Assembly (NCBI GenBank): GCA_015075325.1
Contig: JABTUP010000011.1
Coordinates: 27,072 to 91,071 of the forward strand
Direction of reading: 5' to 3'
Source of the DNA: Flavobacteriales bacterium
GTDB taxonomy: Bacteria > Bacteroidota > Bacteroidia > Flavobacteriales_E > Vicingaceae
DNA: 64,000 bases
Part shown: positions 55,067 to 64,000 of the stretch, piece after piece
How positions within the stretch are numbered: position 1 is the first letter of the stretch
Layout: each line of letters opens with the position of its first letter
Notes under the pieces: generated by a model
What the model was told of the DNA's origin: nothing
Seen by the model: only the letters and a program-made list of their open reading frames with translations
Database searches by the model: none
Made by a program: the position numbers and the translations under genes

Positions 55067-58000
55067 TTACTTTTTCACCATTTTTTTAGTAGCAATTAAT
55101 TCGCCATCAGCAATAAGGCTGTAAGTGTAAACACCAGTTTTAAGGTTGTTGCCATAAACAGTTAATTTACTTTCGCCGCGCTCTTCAATAATCAGTTCTT
55201 TGATGATTCTACCATTTAGATCGTAAAACAACAATTTAGCCTCCATTACATCATTAGGGATGTTGTAATTAATTACTGTATTTTCAGCAAAAGGATTAGG
55301 CATATTTTGATCTAAGACAATGCTGTTTGAATTTATCAATTCAATACTTTTTTGGTTGGTAGCATTATTCAATTCATTGTTTAATGTCCTGTTGCTTTCT
55401 TCACAAATGTTGGCATTTCTAATACAACTCTCAAGATAAGCTAAACGAGTTTCCAAATCATTATTGATGGAATCTTGTATCTGTATAGTGTTTGACATGC
55501 TATCAATAACCAATTGTTGTTCTTGTATACCTTTTGTTAAAATTGGAATAAATGCTTGATAATTTAATGTTTTAAAATCAAAAGAAGAATTTATTTTTAC
55601 ACCATTTGTATCGTATTCATCGGGGTGTATGCCTTTACCTACTAGTTCTGGAAGCACTAATTCGACTTCTTGAGCTACAAAACCATATTGTTTCGAATCA
55701 TTAAAACCAAGCTTACTGTAATTAATTACGTCGTTTAAATATGTCCTTGGTAATAACTGTGAAATAATACTTAATGCATCTGTAATTGAATCAATGTTCT
55801 TTTTAAACATCTGATCTGATACTCCAAATTGACCTGTATATAATAAATCACCAGCAAAATATCCAGCAAAATGAGGTCCTAAAGTACTACTTGTGTTTGG
55901 GGCTTGGGCGAAAACACCATAATTTATACCAGAAGAACCATTAGCTAAAAAACGACCACCAAAATTTTGAGTAAGAGAACCCGTAGCACTACCATAAACA
56001 CCTACATTTTCTCCAGTATTACCTCCAGATGTTGTTGCACTTCCTGTAACGCCCCAACCAACCGAAGCACCTGGAGCTATTGCACTCCCGTTAACACCGA
56101 CATTTCTAACGGTTGCCATACCACCGCCACTATTTATTCCATAACTGTCTTGACCACCCCATCCACTGGTATGAATACCAGTATTTCTAATTGTTGAATT
56201 TGTGGCAAGCACGTCAATAGACCGAGAATATGGTGAGTTTGCATCTGTATAAATTTGTGCACCAACACTATAATTCGCTGCTTGTTCAGAATTATGTACA
56301 TAAATACCTCTTGACATAGACATTGTTGTAGTTCCTGTTTTATCAACTTGTAATTTAGCTATTGGTGTACAAGTTGTACCTATTCCAATATTGTTTCCAG
56401 TAGTTCCTTGTCCGCTAAAAATTAAATTAAAATCATTCAAAGGTATTTCTCTGTCTGACAATAAATTAGCTGTACTAGATGCTGAGCCACATGCTTGTCC
56501 CAACTGTATATTGTTGGCAGGATTAATACTCAATCCATTATCAGCAGTAACGGTTCCTGTACCTCCCACTGCATCAACCAACACCACATCACCATCTTGG
56601 TCAACGGTTAATACTCTTGTATTATCCACTCCGTTTGTTCCATTAGCAAGAGTTGGTGAAGCCGAAGTTAATTGCGTCAAACGCAACCCGCTCGCATTAG
56701 TATTTCCATATTTGGTGCTTTTCATGTTTGCACTAATCTCTACCGTGTTTCCTGTATTACAGAAAGCTGTTGAAGCAGGTTGACCACCAAAACCAACACC
56801 ACCTGTTTCGGTATCTAAAGAACCTATCCAAAAGTTAAAATCTCTATTGGCAATTACCCTATCCTCTGTAAATTGTGTTGCCAATATCCCAGTAGTATTA
56901 ACATTGCCATTAACATTAAGACATGGAACGCCTAATTGAACCACTCCTGCTGCATTAACAAAGATACCATTATCAGCAGTTACATTACCTCCCAAATTGC
57001 TACCATCAATCCAATGCACTCGGTTGTGGTCGTCAGGGTCGATAGCCAAAATTTGAGTTAGTGTATTGTCCTGTGTTACAGTTCTAATTCGTAAATCGCC
57101 ATCAATATCTAGTTTGGCATTTATAGGATTAGCAACATTAAAAGCCGTTGTCCAGTTACCTATCCCCATCATTCCATGGTTAGTTAAAGGTAAAGTTGAA
57201 GCTGATGCAGGTATAATTCTAGCATCTTCAATAGCACCAGTATAAAAAATCATTGGCAAGTTTTCTTGTTGGTTGATGTGAGCTGTTCCAGTAGTAGTTA
57301 TACCAATTCTTAAACCATCAGTTACGGTTTGTCCTGTGCCTGTTTGGTTAGTCATTTGAAGCCAAACTGGACTTGTTTGATAAAGACTCATGTGCAAGAG
57401 TGATTGAGGGCGGACATAAAGAGGGTCATTTGCACCAAAAGTATTACCTAAACCGAATTCGCCTGTGGCTGTAAATCTTGCAATATGTCTTCCATCCAAA
57501 TCATGAGTGTTAGTTAAATTAGGCACAATAGTAGTAAACCCATTTCCAGCAGTAGTAAATCTAAAAACAAAATCATCTGGTCCTTGACCAGCTGCATTAT
57601 CACTCCATGTTACACCCATTTCTGATAAATCTTGACCAGGAGCTAACGACCTGATGCCAACATACATTAAATCATTATTTCCAGTAAGTGTAATACCTGT
57701 TTGCATCCAAGGACGATAACCTGATTCTTGAACAAATCCACCCCCTAGGCTATTTTGAACCCCACTTAGATGAAGCATTGAGAAAGCTCCTTTTGAATTA
57801 AACAAAGAAGGATTAAAGTCTTGTGTCATCCAATCTTGTCCAAGAAGTAAATAACCACTTGTATTAACTCCTTCTGCCGCACCATAACCTGTTATACTGT
57901 ATTGTGTTGCGGCATTAAAATCACCATTTAACTTCATTCGCCTTTGCGAATTGGTATAAGTATAAATTGGAGAATTCCACATCGTGCCGAAAATGTTGTT

Positions 58001-58171
58001 TGTGGCTGCTGGGTTTAATGTGCCATTCCCACCTCTAAACCAAGCATATTGCCCTTTTTGAACAGCAGGTAATCCTGTTGTTGGATCGGCAGCAGGGTTT
58101 GGTGTAGGAGCTTGCTGTGCAAACCCAACACTACTTAGCAGCACACATGCTGCAATTGTTATTTTTTTCAT
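55067..58171 (-). CDS. Secreted tail-fibre-like protein with peptidase S74 chaperone domain and T9SS type A C-terminal domain
   Basis: Signal peptide; Gly/Thr/Asn-rich body with VTADNG repeats; SDQMFKKNI...YGFVAQEVE...LNYQAFIPILTKGIQE (S74); coiled coil; QNMPNPF...GVYTYSL...KKMVK. Confidence 0.88.
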   Translation of the reverse strand: MKKITIAACVLLSSVGFAQQAPTPNPAADPTTGLPAVQKGQYAWFRGGNGTLNPAATNNIFGTMWNSPIYTYTNSQRRMKLNGDFNAATQYSITGYGAAEGVNTSGYLLLGQDWMTQDFNPSLFNSKGAFSMLHLSGVQNSLGGGFVQESGYRPWMQTGITLTGNNDLMYVGIRSLAPGQDLSEMGVTWSDNAAGQGPDDFVFRFTTAGNGFTTIVPNLTNTHDLDGRHIARFTATGEFGLGNTFGANDPLYVRPQSLLHMSLYQTSPVWLQMTNQTGTGQTVTDGLRIGITTTGTAHINQQENLPMIFYTGAIEDARIIPASASTLPLTNHGMMGIGNWTTAFNVANPINAKLDIDGDLRIRTVTQDNTLTQILAIDPDDHNRVHWIDGSNLGGNVTADNGIFVNAAGVVQLGVPCLNVNGNVNTTGILATQFTEDRVIANRDFNFWIGSLDTETGGVGFGGQPASTAFCNTGNTVEISANMKSTKYGNTNASGLRLTQLTSASPTLANGTNGVDNTRVLTVDQDGDVVLVDAVGGTGTVTADNGLSINPANNIQLGQACGSASSTANLLSDREIPLNDFNLIFSGQGTTGNNIGIGTTCTPIAKLQVDKTGTTTMSMSRGIYVHNSEQAANYSVGAQIYTDANSPYSRSIDVLATNSTIRNTGIHTSGWGGQDSYGINSGGGMATVRNVGVNGSAIAPGASVGWGVTGSATTSGGNTGENVGVYGSATGSLTQNFGGRFLANGSSGINYGVFAQAPNTSSTLGPHFAGYFAGDLLYTGQFGVSDQMFKKNIDSITDALSIISQLLPRTYLNDVINYSKLGFNDSKQYGFVAQEVELVLPELVGKGIHPDEYDTNGVKINSSFDFKTLNYQAFIPILTKGIQEQQLVIDSMSNTIQIQDSINNDLETRLAYLESCIRNANICEESNRTLNNELNNATNQKSIELINSNSIVLDQNMPNPFAENTVINYNIPNDVMEAKLLFYDLNGRIIKELIIEERGESKLTVYGNNLKTGVYTYSLIADGELIATKKMVKK

Positions 58172-58186
58172 CTTGTTAAAGTTTAA

Positions 58187-59254
58187 TTACCTTAACAATT
58201 GTATAAAACCTTTGTATGTTTTTTCTTTTGTTGTTATTAGATAATAATACGTTCCATCAGAAACATCTACTCCGCTTGTAGTTTTACCATTCCAAAAAGA
58301 ATCGTTATTTATACTTTCAAACATCTTGTTTCCCCAACGATTAAATATTTCCACTTTTTCATAAGAAAAATTTAAAATAAACAAATCGTTTTTATTATCT
58401 CCATTAGGAGTAAATACATTTGGTATAATTAGTTGAGTACTATCTATCGAATCAATATTTTCTATAAGCTCAAGTATAATTCCATCTACATAATAGTAGG
58501 CAATACCTGAACCATCTTGCCAATCTGTTCCAGATTTTACACATAAAGTATCAGTAGCAAAATTAAGTGTATCTGCAAAATTACCAATAGTTAAATATTG
58601 TTCTCCGCCTTGAGCAATAAACTCACCTTCCACTTTGGTCCAATTGATGTTATCAGTAACAAAATCAGGACTTTTTATTTGTGGATTTGCAATAATGGGT
58701 TTAAAACAATCAAAACCAATAGAGTCGTTAGTAAATAAAGCACCTATGTTTTTTACTGCATATCCTCCAACAGTATCGGCCAAAGAAATGTAAAAACTAA
58801 AACGGTAAACTGTATTTTCTAACAAAGGAGATACTAATTTTGTTTGAACATATTCTCTACCATAGCTAACCCACTCCAAGTTTGGACATTGTAGTTGTGT
58901 CATAAAATATTGGTTGGAATAAAATCCTACATAACCTTGCCCACTATAAGCTGTTTGATACCCAAGTAAATTATTTGGAACATTAACTGTTGTGGTATTA
59001 CATTCATTAAAATAATCTGATGTTCCAGCAGTAGGCATATACCAACCAGAGGCATGTTCAATTTGGTAATCTAAGGGTTGTGAGAAGTTTGTAGGACACG
59101 TATCATAAATTTCAAAATCACCATTGTAAACAAGATTTTGAGCCTTGCTACTGCCAACGCTTATTATTAGTGAAAGAAATAATATGTATAAAGGTTTATA
59201 CCCCGAAGTTAATCGGGACTGAATGTCTTTTATGTTTTTAAAGGTATTCAGCAA
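58187..59254 (-). CDS. Gliding-motility-associated (T9SS type B) C-terminal domain protein
   Basis: NLVYNGDFE carbohydrate-binding-like start; PNVFTPNGDNKND...IFNRWG...DGTYYY...KGFIQLLR. Start uncertain. Confidence 0.85.
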   Translation of the reverse strand: MLNTFKNIKDIQSRLTSGYKPLYILFLSLIISVGSSKAQNLVYNGDFEIYDTCPTNFSQPLDYQIEHASGWYMPTAGTSDYFNECNTTTVNVPNNLLGYQTAYSGQGYVGFYSNQYFMTQLQCPNLEWVSYGREYVQTKLVSPLLENTVYRFSFYISLADTVGGYAVKNIGALFTNDSIGFDCFKPIIANPQIKSPDFVTDNINWTKVEGEFIAQGGEQYLTIGNFADTLNFATDTLCVKSGTDWQDGSGIAYYYVDGIILELIENIDSIDSTQLIIPNVFTPNGDNKNDLFILNFSYEKVEIFNRWGNKMFESINNDSFWNGKTTSGVDVSDGTYYYLITTKEKTYKGFIQLLR

Positions 59255-59524
59255 TTGTTAAAGTTTGTTTATAGTATAATTAATATTTATTGCTCATTGT
59301 TTGTAAACTCAAAAATAAGCAAAAAAGTGGCTTAGATACTTGCTTTACAAAGTACAGAAGCAATTCATGTTGCAGGTTCATTTCATAGGCAACCTCCTTT
59401 TTGGGTTAAAATGCACTTTTTGTTAACACATAAATAATTTTAAAAAAATAAATATATAAAACAGCTTAGAACTTATGGTTCTATTTAATAATTATTTTAT
59501 TTATTTTTGATTTTTTTTATTACT

Positions 59525-59848
59525 ATGTACATTAAAATAAGAGCCTTACGAAAATTAAAAGGATACAATCAAAGCCATGTGGCGAAGAAATTAGGGATAA
59601 GTCAAAAAGCTTATTCAAAAATTGAATTGGGTCAAACAAAATTGAATTGGCAATACATCAATCAGTTGGCAGAAATATTAGATACCAGCGTGTGGGTTTT
59701 TGTAAACCAAGATATAGCTATAGATGGTGATGAAACAAATCATTCAAACAACATTAATTTGTTGGAACAACTTATTTCTCGATATGAAAATGAAATCAAT
59801 AAACTTAAAGAAGAAATAGTTAAACTCAATAGTAGATTGAGCGAATAA
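59525..59848 (+). CDS. XRE-family HTH transcriptional regulator
   Basis: KIRALRKLKGYNQSHVAKKLGISQKAYSKIELG, plus a C-terminal coiled coil. Confidence 0.92.
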   Translation: MYIKIRALRKLKGYNQSHVAKKLGISQKAYSKIELGQTKLNWQYINQLAEILDTSVWVFVNQDIAIDGDETNHSNNINLLEQLISRYENEINKLKEEIVKLNSRLSE

Positions 59849-59853
59849 TCATT

Positions 59854-60486
59854 TTAAGCCTCACAAGGGACTCTTAAATCGATAAAACCAATTTTCCACG
59901 AATCACCATTTTTGGTAAAATAAAATTTACCAACAGTTGTATTTACAACAGTAAAATCAATTTTTTCAGCAAAAACCGAAATGGCTTGTTTTTCTTTTTC
60001 GTTTAAGTCGGTATAATACCAAAATTCATCGTTAGCAAAAGGGTTTATTTTTTGAGCAAAACATCCTTGTTTGTCGTATGGTGTTGCATCGCAAATAATT
60101 TTGGGTAATTCTTCAAAAACGGGTTGTTGGTTTAGTTGGTTAAAGTTCAATGAAAAAAACTGTTCATCACGAATCGATTTAAATTTGGCAACGTCGTTTA
60201 CCCGCTTAAAATTTGGCATTGCTCCGTTCGATTCAATAAAATAAACACCAAAAACCTCGTCGATAAACACATTTACATTTTCCGCATTTTTGCTTTCTAC
60301 AGCAGATACAAAGGATTGGTAAAATACTAAAAAATCAGCATCTTCAGACGATAATTTTTTTATTTCTTCCACAACAACTTCATCTGTTGTTTCTTCTGCA
60401 AGTTGCTCATCAGTTGGCTGATTTTCGTCAGTTGTATTGCAAGTAAATGCTAATAAAATAGCTGCAATTGATAGTGTTTTTATCAT
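59854..60486 (-). CDS. Hypothetical lipoprotein
   Basis: Lipobox-like LAFTC; ATG 60486 overlaps the pafA TGA. Confidence 0.7.
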   Translation of the reverse strand: MIKTLSIAAILLAFTCNTTDENQPTDEQLAEETTDEVVVEEIKKLSSEDADFLVFYQSFVSAVESKNAENVNVFIDEVFGVYFIESNGAMPNFKRVNDVAKFKSIRDEQFFSLNFNQLNQQPVFEELPKIICDATPYDKQGCFAQKINPFANDEFWYYTDLNEKEKQAISVFAEKIDFTVVNTTVGKFYFTKNGDSWKIGFIDLRVPCEA

Positions 60487-62108
60487 TTTATTAAATCTTT
60501 TATAGGATTTCCAGTACAAGCACTTGGTGCATTAATATTTAAAAGAACTGCTAAAGTAGCGGCAATATCTGGTATTACTACTTTTTTTGTGGTTTCTCCT
60601 GCAGGAATTTGATTACCGTACCAAATAAGCGGCACATGTGTGTCGTAATGGTATGGAGAACCGTGTGTTGTTCCAGTAGAGTAACCAGCATTTATCCAAC
60701 CTGAAGCCAATACATACACCACATCACCCGAACGTACCTGATTAAATCCTCGTTGAATGTTTGCTGCAATATTTTCGGTAATAACCGTAGTTTTTAGTGT
60801 TGTTGCGGTAAATGTTTGTGAAACACCTTCAAAAGTTAACAAGTAATTAGCAATTTCTTGTTCTATTTGAGCTACATTAAGATTGTTTTTTGCTATAATT
60901 TCATGATTTAAAAATACATTTCCATTGCTAATGTTTTCAATTAATTCGGCATTCCACTTGGTTAAGCAAAAGGTTTTTAAATCGGCAACCATTTTCTTCT
61001 TGTCAAAATATCCTGCGGGTATATGGTTGTCGATTAAGAACTGAGGAACATCAACAGCACCATGGTCTGCTGTAATAAAAATTAACACGTCGTTTTTTGC
61101 AAATTTTGATTCTAAAAAGGTAAGTAATTGTGCAATGTCTTGGTCCAAACGCAAATAATTGTCTTGCACTTCAACCGACATAGGTCCATATTGATGTCCG
61201 ATATAATCAGGCGAAGAGTAACTTACCGCAAGAAAATCGGTAAACAAATCATCACCTAAATTTTCTCCAACAATAGCCGCTAAAGCCATTTCAGTGGTAA
61301 TGTTGTTTCCAAAAGGTGTGTTTTTAATTAGGCTATAATTTTCATTACTATCTCTTAAGGCAGGTAAATTGTGAGGAAAAGTGGGTGTTTTTTCTCCTTT
61401 AAAAATACCTTCGTATGGATTGTTATCGGCTATACTTTCGGAGTAATCAGCAATTGGCAACAAAGTGTTCCAAGGCTTGCTTAAATAGGTGTTTGCCGAA
61501 TTTTTTTTGTTCACCTCCTGAACCCATTTGGGTAACTGGTTTAAATAATAAGAACTCGAAATCCATTTTCCAGTATTTTTTCCTTCAAACCAATAAGCAG
61601 CATCTGCTTTGTGTCCCGCAGGAAGTATTGCTCCACGGTCTTTTAGTGAAACTCCTATTACTTTTCCTTTAAAATTAGTGTTGAGTTTTAGTTGGTCGGT
61701 TATGGTGGTCGTAACCATGTTTTTTGGCGACATTAGTCCCTCTTTTGAAGAGCTACCAATGGTTTTAACTGTAGTGTCTTCGGCACAATAAATCATTTTT
61801 TTGGTTTTTTTATTGTACCAATCGTTGGCAATAATTCCATGATTTTCGGGAGTTGTACCCGTATAAATTGAAGCATGTCCAGGTCCGGTGTAAGTAGGCA
61901 TGTAATTGTAATGCGTGTTTTTACAGTTAAAACCACCATTAACTATTTTTTTAAAACCATCATCACTAAATTTGTTCCAATACCTATCGAGATAATCGTA
62001 ACGCATTTGATCGATTACAATACCCACCACCAATTTGGGTTTTTGTTGCTGAGCAAATGAAAAAAACCCAGCAAAAAACAATACAGAAAAAGCAACTAAA
62101 CGAATCAT
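60483..62108 (-). CDS. pafA: Alkaline phosphatase, PafA family
   Basis: GIVIDQMR, YTGPGHAS (Thr nucleophile), VSLKDRGAILPAG, SPDYIGH, TADHG, HGSPYHYDTHVP. Confidence 0.92.
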   Translation of the reverse strand: MIRLVAFSVLFFAGFFSFAQQQKPKLVVGIVIDQMRYDYLDRYWNKFSDDGFKKIVNGGFNCKNTHYNYMPTYTGPGHASIYTGTTPENHGIIANDWYNKKTKKMIYCAEDTTVKTIGSSSKEGLMSPKNMVTTTITDQLKLNTNFKGKVIGVSLKDRGAILPAGHKADAAYWFEGKNTGKWISSSYYLNQLPKWVQEVNKKNSANTYLSKPWNTLLPIADYSESIADNNPYEGIFKGEKTPTFPHNLPALRDSNENYSLIKNTPFGNNITTEMALAAIVGENLGDDLFTDFLAVSYSSPDYIGHQYGPMSVEVQDNYLRLDQDIAQLLTFLESKFAKNDVLIFITADHGAVDVPQFLIDNHIPAGYFDKKKMVADLKTFCLTKWNAELIENISNGNVFLNHEIIAKNNLNVAQIEQEIANYLLTFEGVSQTFTATTLKTTVITENIAANIQRGFNQVRSGDVVYVLASGWINAGYSTGTTHGSPYHYDTHVPLIWYGNQIPAGETTKKVVIPDIAATLAVLLNINAPSACTGNPIKDLIK

Positions 62109-62473
62109 TGAACTTGATTTTTAAGTAGGAAATAAATTAAACCAACACCCACAGCAATACTAATGGTAATGTTTAAAAATGCTACTAAATAATTGCCTGA
62201 TTTCAGCAAATCAAATGTTTCAAAACTAAAGGTTGAAAAGGTGCTAAAACCACCACAAAAACCTGTTATTAATAGTAGTTTTATTAGTTCATTATCAATT
62301 TTATTTTTTGAAAAAATCACTACAGCTGCTAAAATAATACAACTCAACATGTTGGAAATGAAAGTTCCCAATGGGAAATTACCCGTGTAAAAATTCAACA
62401 CCCATTTTGATATGCCAAAACGCAACAAACTTCCTAATCCTCCACCAAAAAACACAGCAAAAATGTTTATCAT
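62105..62473 (-). CDS. crcB: Fluoride efflux channel CrcB/Fluc
   Basis: GGGLGSLLR, GTFISN, GFCGGFSTFSTF. Confidence 0.95.
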   Translation of the reverse strand: MINIFAVFFGGGLGSLLRFGISKWVLNFYTGNFPLGTFISNMLSCIILAAVVIFSKNKIDNELIKLLLITGFCGGFSTFSTFSFETFDLLKSGNYLVAFLNITISIAVGVGLIYFLLKNQVQ

Positions 62474-63102
62474 AACATTAACTTTAGTTTAAAAAAAGTG
62501 TTGGTGAAACATAACATTTTCCACATTACAAATCCTATTATAGCCCCTAATGCAGCTCCACCTAAAATATCGCCAGGATAGTGTACGCCTAAATAAATGC
62601 GGCTGTATGACACTACTGCTGCCCAAATCAACAAAAAAGGGAACATCCATTTAAGGTGATTTTTTAACACCAAGCCTACAAAAACAGCCAATGCAAAAGT
62701 GTTAGCAGCATGAGATGATACAAAACCATATTTACCGCCACAATGATTGTTTACTATATGAACTAAATCAACAATTTCGGGGTTATGACATGGGCGTAAG
62801 CGTAAAAATACATCTTTAAAAAAATGAACCGAAAATTGATCGGAAGTAATGATTAGAAGGGTAATAAACGGCACTAAAACCAACAATTTCCATTTGAATT
62901 TGAAGCCCAACAAAACCGCTAAAATAAGATAAAAAGGTATCCAGCTATAGCGATCGCTAATCCACTCAAAAACCACATCAAAAAATGGCGAATGAATTCC
63001 GTTTAAAAAAAGAAATAACTCGGTGTCGATATGGTTGAGGCTAGAAAAAATATTAATTCGATTTAAAGTACAAACAAAAGTAACGAATTGTTGTAAATAC
63101 AA
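62470..63102 (-). CDS. PAP2 family phosphatase
   Basis: KDVFLRLRPC, GFVSSHAAN, SRIYLGVHYPGD. Start codon uncertain. Confidence 0.92.
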   Translation of the reverse strand: MYLQQFVTFVCTLNRINIFSSLNHIDTELFLFLNGIHSPFFDVVFEWISDRYSWIPFYLILAVLLGFKFKWKLLVLVPFITLLIITSDQFSVHFFKDVFLRLRPCHNPEIVDLVHIVNNHCGGKYGFVSSHAANTFALAVFVGLVLKNHLKWMFPFLLIWAAVVSYSRIYLGVHYPGDILGGAALGAIIGFVMWKMLCFTNTFFKLKLML

Positions 63103-63116
63103 TTTTTATAGCAATG

Positions 63117-63146
63117 AAAAGTAACTAATTATAATTAGTTACTTTT
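63117..63146. promoter_or_regulatory. Perfect 30-bp palindrome, candidate MarR operator over divergent promoters
   Basis: aaaagtaactaattataattagttactttt equals its own reverse complement; it overlaps tacttttg at 63140-63147. Confidence 0.75.
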
Positions 63147-63172
63147 GTAACCAATTTTATAAAACTTATTTT

Positions 63173-63640
63173 TTGAATCAACAAGTTTACGGATATCAAA
63201 TGGCTCTTATTTCAGAGGTTTATTTGAGTACGCTTTCGTCAATTATGAAGCCTTACGGAATAGAGCGATATTTCTATCCTTTGCTTTTTTTATGCGAAAA
63301 TAGTGGCAAATTAACCCAGAAAGATTTGGTTGTTGCCCTTAGGCGAGACAAAGTTTCTGTTATGAGAATGGTAAATTATTTTTGTGAAAAAGAACTTCTT
63401 AAAAGAATTGAGCATAACGAAGACAAAAGATGTCAAATTTTAGAAGTTACCGATAAAGCGATTCAGCTTATTCCTCAAATAAAAACAGCTGTTGATCAAA
63501 CCAACAATCTGTTATTGAAAAACTTCTCGGAAGAAGAAAAAAATCAATTTATGTTAGGCATGGAAAAGTTATTGAGCACTATTGAAACCTTGCCAGAACC
63601 TGATTATATAGTGAAAGCAGTTAGAAGAAAAAATAAATAA
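63173..63640 (+). CDS. MarR family transcriptional regulator
   Basis: LTQKDL...DKVSVMRMV...RIEHNEDKRCQILEVT winged helix. TTG start. Confidence 0.9.
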   Translation: MNQQVYGYQMALISEVYLSTLSSIMKPYGIERYFYPLLFLCENSGKLTQKDLVVALRRDKVSVMRMVNYFCEKELLKRIEHNEDKRCQILEVTDKAIQLIPQIKTAVDQTNNLLLKNFSEEEKNQFMLGMEKLLSTIETLPEPDYIVKAVRRKNK

Positions 63641-63642
63641 AT

Positions 63643-64000
63643 ATGATAAAAAACGCGAATTATAGTTTAGTTTACTTAGTAATAATAGCCTTTTTAATGG
63701 GTTGTGGAGATGGAGAAAGCAATTCAAAAGAAGGAGTAAAAAGCAATATGCAGGTTGAAGGTTTTAAAGTAATTGCCAAACCTTTTAATGACGAAGTAGT
63801 TACTACTGCCGAAATTCTTGCAAACGAACAGGTAGAATTAAAGGCTCCTATTGCGGGTCAAGTTTTAGAAGTTTATTTTAAAGAAGGACAAAAAATAAAC
63901 AAAGGAGATGTACTTATTCGGATTGATGATAGAAGCTGGAAAGCAGAGTTAATTGGCGTAAAAAGTGCTTTAGAAACAGCACAAAAAGAATACGATAGGA
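63643..64000 (+). CDS. RND efflux periplasmic adaptor subunit, 3'-partial (not in the ORF track)
   Basis: My translation: MIKNANYSLVYLVIIAFLMGC...ANEQVELKAPIAGQVLEVYFKEGQKINKGDVLIRID (lipoyl-like MFP motif); open to the window end. Confidence 0.88.
   Translation, partial: MIKNANYSLVYLVIIAFLMGCGDGESNSKEGVKSNMQVEGFKVIAKPFNDEVVTTAEILANEQVELKAPIAGQVLEVYFKEGQKINKGDVLIRIDDRSWKAELIGVKSALETAQKEYDR

Noticed and set aside
62474-63172. Fluoride riboswitch for crcB
   Set aside because: crcB is internal to an operon, and no GGCGATGG-type aptamer motif is seen upstream.
1-64000. The many 60-130 aa ORF-track entries antisense to or overlapping long genes (e.g. 762-1010, 2910-3308, 28020-28502, 56391-56783)
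   Set aside because: Shadow frames of well-supported genes, with no family motifs.
1-64000. CRISPR array, tRNA, rRNA, integrase, transposase
   Set aside because: No constant repeat with unique spacers, no cloverleaf or rRNA signatures, and no recombinase or transposase motifs seen by eye. A tRNAscan/Infernal run would be needed to exclude small RNAs formally.

Overview
AT-rich chromosomal DNA from a Bacteroidota organism, most likely order Flavobacteriales. Basis: T9SS type A/B cargo domains, TAnnTTTG -7 promoter elements, alpha2-type GlyRS, PafA and GSCFA proteins; finer taxonomy cannot be assigned from sequence alone. About 58 CDS are supported, mostly housekeeping (rseP, purN, acpP-fabF-rnc, trpS, glyQS, polA, mrp/nifU, dps, riboflavin synthase, pepA, pdxA, crcB, pafA), with secreted T9SS proteins and small accessory genes between them. 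I found no rRNA, tRNA, CRISPR array, integrase or intact transposase. The notable signals are in the small-scale architecture. (1) A 2,048-bp single-gene islet carrying a Schlafen/AlbA_2-HATPase gene is bounded by a 46-bp duplication of the polA 3' end, with 2 mismatches that are both synonymous. A second gene of that family is bounded by an 11-bp direct repeat. (2) A GxxExxY nuclease-like gene, frameshifted by a 4-bp duplication, lies between 33-bp imperfect inverted repeats, with an adjacent empty copy and related orphan hairpins elsewhere. (3) A family of degenerate 7-bp tandem arrays occurs at gene junctions and inside two CDS. (4) A REP-type palindrome is inserted in frame in polA. (5) A junction joins two 5'-truncated divergent genes (agmatinase-like remnant and hypothetical). 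(6) Readable regulatory sites include two matching ECF promoters, Pho-box-like repeats upstream of both phosphate-uptake genes, and a perfect 30-bp palindrome at marR. All family assignments come from motif recognition, not database searches.
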